From contig NW_005434477.1 in the NCBI RefSeq assembly GCF_000315625.1, positions 17,317-81,316 of the forward strand: DNA of 64,000 bases. Direction: 5' to 3'. The notes beneath the pieces were generated by a model that was not told the origin of the DNA, made no database searches, and worked only from the letters and a program-made list of their open reading frames with translations. Of this stretch, positions 54,840-64,000 are shown piece after piece; within the stretch, counting starts at the first letter, position 1; each line of letters starts with the position of its first letter. The position numbers and the translations under genes were made by a program. The DNA comes from Guillardia theta CCMP2712 (taxonomy: Eukaryota > Protista > Cryptophyta).

Positions 54840-55380
54840 CTTAACTGCGCGCAGGACAAGTCCCCCGCGCGGCCATGCCAGCGATGTCGCGGTGGCCGCC
54901 GCCGGCTCGGAACTTGACTTGCATACCGGGATGCACCCGCGATGATGGCAGCGTAGGACAGGGAGGCCTTGAGCTGACGAAAGATCCTGGACCGGATGCG
55001 TTTGCAAGTCGGATCACCTGAGTCTCAGACGTCTTGCGAGGCCGAGAGACCATCCAGCGCTGCCGCCGTTTCCTTGTTCAATTCGCCGAGCGATCCGCCA
55101 ACCACCACAGACTCTTGAAAGCGCAACGCATCAGTACGGTACGGTACTTTGAAATCATCATGCCATGATCACTGACTTTAATGGAGTCAGTAAACTCAGA
55201 GGCCCGGCCGCCCGATAGCGGCCGGGGCCCGGCCTGTGCCACGGTGAAGCCGGCCGGACAAAAAGCAGTGACGGTTCCGCCCGGTATGCCTGACTGCCGC
55301 AGTGCACAGTAAAAAAGTACGCACTACTACTTTTTTAAGTGCGCCTCCGACGGTACGCTAGTGGCCGGAAATCGAGTAGT
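54840..55380. promoter_or_regulatory. CCGG/GGCC/ACGGT-rich island
   Basis: GGCCCGGCC, CACGGTGA and AGTACGGTACGGTAC words, directly adjoining the GGGGTA island. Confidence 0.45.
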
Positions 55381-55409
55381 AAAGAAGCAGGAAAGGTCCT
55401 TTATATATG

Positions 55410-56620
55410 TAGATAGGGGTAGTCCCGAGGGTTGGTGGTGTATACCCCTAGGTGATGGCGGTCACGGTGGGGGGTAGCATCCGGAAGAGCATAGCCTCTA
55501 CGCGGGTAGGAGGGTGCCAGTTGTGGGTGGTGAGGGGCTCGTGGGGTCATGCTGGTCGATTTGATGAGATATGGGGGAGATGAAAGCTCTGTGGGGGGTG
55601 GGGGTGGTTAGATTGCAAAGGGCATAGAAGTGACATCTGCTTGCAAAGGGGGGTATTGATATGATGACTGAGCGTAAAGGGAAATATCACAAGAGGGGTA
55701 CAGGTGGGGCATCGATTCTTGTGGCCCGGGTTTGATGGACAAACATACATGTCTGTGAGGTGGGGTGGGGTGGGGTTCTAACCTCGTTATGTAGAAACTG
55801 GAACGAGGAAGGGTGGGGTAGGGTCCATTGGACTTTTAGGTTAATTATTCGAACCCTACCTGAGTAATAACATAGTCATGGGGGATGTTTACCGGTCCTT
55901 CTTGAATAAGTTCAAAAAAGGCTCTGTAGTAAAGTCATTGATTATTAAGGGTGGGGTAGTAGAATCATTGGGAAACCAGGGTGGGGTGATTATAATTACG
56001 CAAGTCAATGGTAGTAGGGGGGTCGGCAAATAGAGTCGCGGGTCCCTGGGTGGGGTGGTAGTGGACCGTGTATACAGTAGGGGTTGGGTAGGGGTGTATC
56101 AAGTTCTCGTCACATGTGTGGGGTGAAAACGCGGATGGATGGGGTAGGGGTAGGTATATGGTGCGGAAATGGCAGCAATGGGGTAGGGTTATCGCCAAAG
56201 GGGGTTTTATGCGGGTGGTTAAAAAAGATTTTTCCATGGCCACGGGTGGGGTGGGTAAAGCTCGGAGGGATGGCGGGGTAGTAGTTGGTGATTGAGTAGG
56301 TACGGGTCCATATGTGGAATAGGATGGGAGGAGGAATGAGGTAGGGTGGTGTCAATTTGATGAGGGGTGCGGGAGATAGATCTCCCCGGGGGTGGGGCCT
56401 GACATTCGATCGAAGGGTGGGGTAGGGTTGTTCAAAAGGGGGTGGAGAAGGATGACTTGGGGGGGTTGTAGGTACAATGACGATCTTTTCACCCCGTCAT
56501 TACAGGGTGAGTGACAAGGTAGGGTGGTAGGGTGGGGTTACATCTCGAGTGACAGAGGTGCGGTACATGAGATTGGTGGGGGTGGACAAGGTACAGGGGG
56601 TAGGGGGTCAATGTGGAGCC
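55410..56620. other. GGGGTA(GGG)-motif-rich island upstream of TBP-like B
   Basis: Many dispersed GGGGTA, GGGTAGGG and GGGTGGGG words on the plus strand. No credible ORF. Confidence 0.65.
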
Positions 56621-57256
56621 GGCGAGAACATGCAGTGGTTGAGAGGGAGTACAAACAAAGAGGGTTGACCATGGCAGATGGTGGCAGAGGAGAGAGAGAG
56701 AGAGAGAGAAGGGAGTGAAGGGTACAAGAGGAGTGAAGAGAAGAGGTGAGGAGAAAGCAAGACAAGATGATAGGGAAGGAGAGGAGAAGGGAGGGGATTG
56801 AGAGATAGAGAACAGCCAAGGGATGGAGAATCGAATGGAAATGGAAGATGTGTTTAGTACTATTCAGGGCAGGGCAGGGAGGGATGATGAGATGATAATG
56901 GAAAAAGAAAACTCATGTAGAAAAGCGAGCAGAGGAAAGGCCGTAACACGATGTTCCTTGAAACCGACAGCTCAGGTGCATCGGGGGATAACAAAGGCTA
57001 GGACAAGGCAGGGCGAATTATGGATGCAAAGAGAAGGATGTAGGATGAAACTTGGGCTCGGAAGGAATGAGAGATGGACGGCAAGGGATATAGGTTGAGG
57101 CCAGGGAAAAGATGGAATGCAAGGACATGATGGAAATCGACAAGAACGTAGCCAAACAAAACTTTTTCTAACCATTCTGCCTACACAGAGCACTGTACCG
57201 AAAGTTCAGTTGGAGACCCCGTCGCAGACCTCCGGTCTGTCGTGATCTCCAATACC

Positions 57257-59537
57257 ATGCAGGCGGAGTCTCAAAACATGCAATTCAGGTGCCTTACTTG
57301 TATCTCCATGCTCTTCAAGTGTGCTTATCGACGTTGATTACAGCAACTTCGATATCCCAGTCACCGAAGAAGGAAGGGATCTGTTTGTCAACTTGTTGCT
57401 GAACACGGCAGAAGATGATTCGCCATTTGAATGCATGTTCGATGATTCGGAGGATTCTGCTTCTGTTGGTTACATCTGTCCCGGGATGACCTTGAATACC
57501 GAGGAAGTGCCGGAGGAAGAGAATCACGAATCTTCATCTCGTTACTGGACAACTCTTCGCACTCGAGTCACTGCCATGCGCGCTTTCAAGGGGGTGATGA
57601 GCACACTGCAGAAGAATTCAAGCCTCGGCGCTCGAAAGATGAATGAACAAGGAGAGGAAATTTCGTTGCAAGACCCAGCTTATCATCTGAACGAACAAAA
57701 AGGTGCTCTAGAGAATCAATCTGCAGGCCTTGAAATCAAGGAGATGGATTCGAAGTTGGCTCTTCTGAAACCAGAGATGAATTACAGCAAGAATGGTATT
57801 GATGAAGCACTGCACAGTATGGACGTGGAGGGCAAGGCTGTTTTCAGTCGCATCCCATCCCTCGAAACGGCCTGGAACCTTCCTGATCTCACCTTGATCT
57901 TCAGACCTCCGCCCAGTTTGATGGAGGCGATGGCGATTGGTATAAGTCCAGGGAAGTGGATCAAGATCGCTCCGGAGGCCCCCAATCAGGCTTTCAATGA
58001 GGGGAAGGCTAACTGGAAGATGTTGCAGTCGGCTGTGAATACTGGAATTGCATTCAAGCTCGTGGCAAAGATTGCAGGACAGACCAATGAGAGAGAGGCT
58101 GCGAATCGCAGGGCTAAAGTTCAACACGACGTGGAGCATTTCAAGAGTTTCCTGCTCAACATTACAAGAGCTTGGGAAGACTTGATGCACACTGAAGAAG
58201 AGCCCGCTGCTGATTGCAGCTTTGAAAGAGCTCCCTCGGATGTTGTTCCAGTGGATGGGATACCAGAGCGCGAACCATTTGTTACCAAAGCCATAGCAAC
58301 AGGCTTATGCAAGTTGTTTCCAAGACTCGTAACAGACCATGACACAGTCTTGGACATGGATCTTCTGGCTTTCCATCCACATTATCCTTGGCCGATGTCA
58401 AACACCAGCTTTCAAGTGATGGAGGCTGTGCAGATGGGCAAGAAGGGAGCTAGAAGTAGCGGCAAGAAGCAGCTGGACTCGTGCACATTTAGGATGAGGA
58501 CTCCGGGTTGCGATCAGATCACCATAAGGATATGGGCGAACGGGAAGACGCAGACCTATGGATGCAAGGACAGGAACATGTTGGAGGACGCGAACCAATG
58601 CTTAGCTTCGTTTATCCGCCACATCGACAACTACCACAGGATGAGCGGTGATTGAACTCACTGGAAGATGGTGATTGTCTCTTGATTCTTTTGATTGAAC
58701 AGGAAATCAATCTGTTTGGAGACTTTCACCGATGCAATCTGCAAAAGCACTATCGTGCTTAGGTGAGATGACGAAGTAGGTTTCATTCTTGCCATTGTCT
58801 CATCGCGCATTTCAGATGAGGTTCGAACTTTGTCTGCTCCTCTCCTGGGAAGCTGGAACATCAATCTTAAGAGTACGACTTAAGGTGTCTCCTCAAGGTT
58901 CTAACGAATGTATCTGCAGAGGCAGGAATCAAGCTCAACATGCAGGCACTTTGCGAGTTTCTTCAGCAATCGATGTTCGAAGACAGGTTCACTCCCTCCC
59001 GTCTTTCTCCTTCACTGCTCCTAATGCTCATGCCAGGGTCTACAAAGTTCAGTTTGTCGCTCAGAAAGGAAATTCTGTGAGTTTTTTATTGCTGCTTGCT
59101 CTTGTCTCCTCTCACCCTGACTCGTTTGACAGTCGAGATTCAACAACCTTTCTCTGTACATCCGCACCTCATGCTTGCTCACATGGAAGAAGGACGACGA
59201 TCTTGACAACCATCAGGACAACGTCTATGTCAATGTTTACGAGTCAGGTACGACACTCTCCTCCATCATCGTCTTGCCTGCTCCCCCACATCCTTGCAAT
59301 GCTTCCTCCTCCTCCTGCTTCTTCTCTTACATCTCACCGTTTCCTTCCAGGAAAATGCAGCGTGCTCGCAGTTCCAGACACAGAGGTTGCTGAGGAGCTT
59401 GCGGAAGTTGTCAGTGGGATGCTGTATCAGGCCCTCAGGCAGCAGGTACGACTAGATTGCAATGTGATGTTCTGATGTATCTGCGTCAGCCCGGGATCAG
59501 CGAAGAGATTCAGTCGTCCAAGAGGCGCAAGATTTAA
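57257..59537 (+). CDS. Divergent TATA-binding-protein-fold factor (TBP-like paralog B) with long acidic N-terminus
   Basis: PFVTKAIATGLCKLFP…GKKQLDSCTFRM…ITIRIWANGKTQTYGCKDRNMLEDAN…LLGSWNINLKKAGIKLNMQALCEFL…SRFNNLSLYIRTSCL…DNVYVNVYESGKCSVLAVPDTEVAEELA…PGISEEIQSSKRRKI*. Colinear with paralog A. Confidence 0.7.
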
Positions 59538-60338
59538 TTTCACCTGTCTTTGATCCTTTTTCCGTGTTCCAGTTTTCCAAGGTCCAAACTGTACTATACG
59601 CGACCCCCGAACTAAGTTTGTCGCCGACTCATCCCTTCTAGTACAAGAAAAATGATACCATAACTTCTGTAAGAGCCTGCTTCTAGCCCTCTCTTCCACA
59701 TGGAGGGCAAACTAATTAGTGCAAGTCTTGCTCAACTTTGGAACCTCGAGTTCAATTGCTCCTACCCCCTTGCCCAGACCGCCCAATCTTGTAGAAAATG
59801 CGCGGCCCTACCACCACACCCCACCTTGCACGCAGCTTCGCGCCATTCATGGCTTCTCCTGGGACGCGCTTGTTTGACTCCCAATGCAAGGAAGGAGATG
59901 ACGGAATTCGATTGTATCAGTGCTCAGGATGAAAACCTGATGTACCATCATCTTTGCGCGAAAGAATAGATCACCATGGAGCTACGCTGACAGCGGAGTG
60001 GGATGGATGCGCTCAGGAGGCGGTGTATGGGGACCCTAGCTTTCATCACTTGCTTGCTCGTCTGTTCCGGCATATCGATCTCGCATGGGTCTTGCCGTCC
60101 TCCTTGCAGGAGCCTTGCGCTACTGCTCTTTGTCCTGATCCTCGTTCCCCTGCTTGTCGTGCATGCCGTCGCGTGTGGTTCAAGTGGCGGTTTTCGCTGC
60201 CTTTTCTTTCTTTTACTCTTTTGTTGAGGCGGACTTGTTGATTTACCCTTTAAGTAATTAATTTTAAAAATGCGTAAATTGCAACAAACTGGACGCATAC
60301 AGGGACGCATATGGATCGCTCGGTCAGTCTTGCGTCCT

Positions 60339-60370
<32 letters not shown>

Positions 60371-60788
60371 ATCCTGCTCCTGATCATGCTCCTGCTCCTG
60401 ATCTTGCTCCTGCTCCTTCTCTTGCTCCTGCTGCACCTTCGGCACCTTCTGCACCTCTTCCTCTTCCTGCGCCATATCCTCGTTTGCCGATCATGTATTT
60501 GAATCATTCATTGCTGCCCATCTTCTTCTTATCTATGCATACACTTTCTGCCTTCATACGTGTCCAATTTCTTCGTTAAAGCTTTTCTTGGATTGATCGA
60601 AGATTGCATTTCATCTTTTCTCAGACTCATCACAAAAAGAGCTGATTGCATGTTGACAGCGTGTGAAATACTGCAATCAGTAAGAGCCATTTCATGAAAT
60701 GTCACCTTGAAGCGCCAACTAAACTTGATCTCTACTTCTTCCTGAAAGAAAGCAATCGAGTAAGGCGCAGAGTTCTTGACGCAAGGGG

Positions 60789-64000
<3,212 letters not shown>

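Noticed and set aside
55410-56620. Interstitial telomere array
   Set aside because: GGGGTA/GGGTAGGG words are dispersed in complex sequence, not tandem repeats. Kept only as a motif island.
59948-60780. Minus-strand ORFs between TBP-like B and fumarase
   Set aside because: Partly (CAGGAG)n-derived. No coherent spliced product or family could be supported.

Overview
Eukaryotic nuclear DNA: gene-dense and intron-rich, with many ~45-50 nt GT-AG introns (CTGAC-type branch points) and other introns inflated by microsatellites. Bipartite signal-peptide + 'A-F/W' transit peptides point to an alga with a complex red plastid; the style fits a cryptophyte such as Guillardia theta (inference). About 20 genes were read by hand-splicing. 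Recognisable products are a divergent cyclin, a plastid MDR/VAT1-like oxidoreductase, mitochondrial EF-P, a thylakoid PDZ+FKBP protein, a TRIP12/UPL3-type HECT E3 ligase, Rad9, a 1289-aa intronless LRR/mucin-stalk/multi-TM receptor-like protein, an ANTH (AP180/PICALM) adaptor, a Kelch protein, and class II fumarase (cut off by the window end). The most notable observation is two paralogous, highly divergent TATA-binding-protein-fold genes (15759-18055 minus; 57257-59537 plus). They share intron positions and a C-terminal NLS, have substituted DNA-intercalating aromatics, and carry long unrelated acidic N-termini. Second, the intergenic DNA contains recurrent non-tandem islands rich in TACCCC/GGGGTA and in CCGG/GGCC/CACGGT. 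These sit mostly at divergent promoters, and a TACCCC/GGGGTA island lies upstream of each TBP-like gene. No RNA genes, CRISPR arrays or transposase/RT genes were recognised. There is one 100-N assembly gap. Exon boundaries and start codons are manual estimates.
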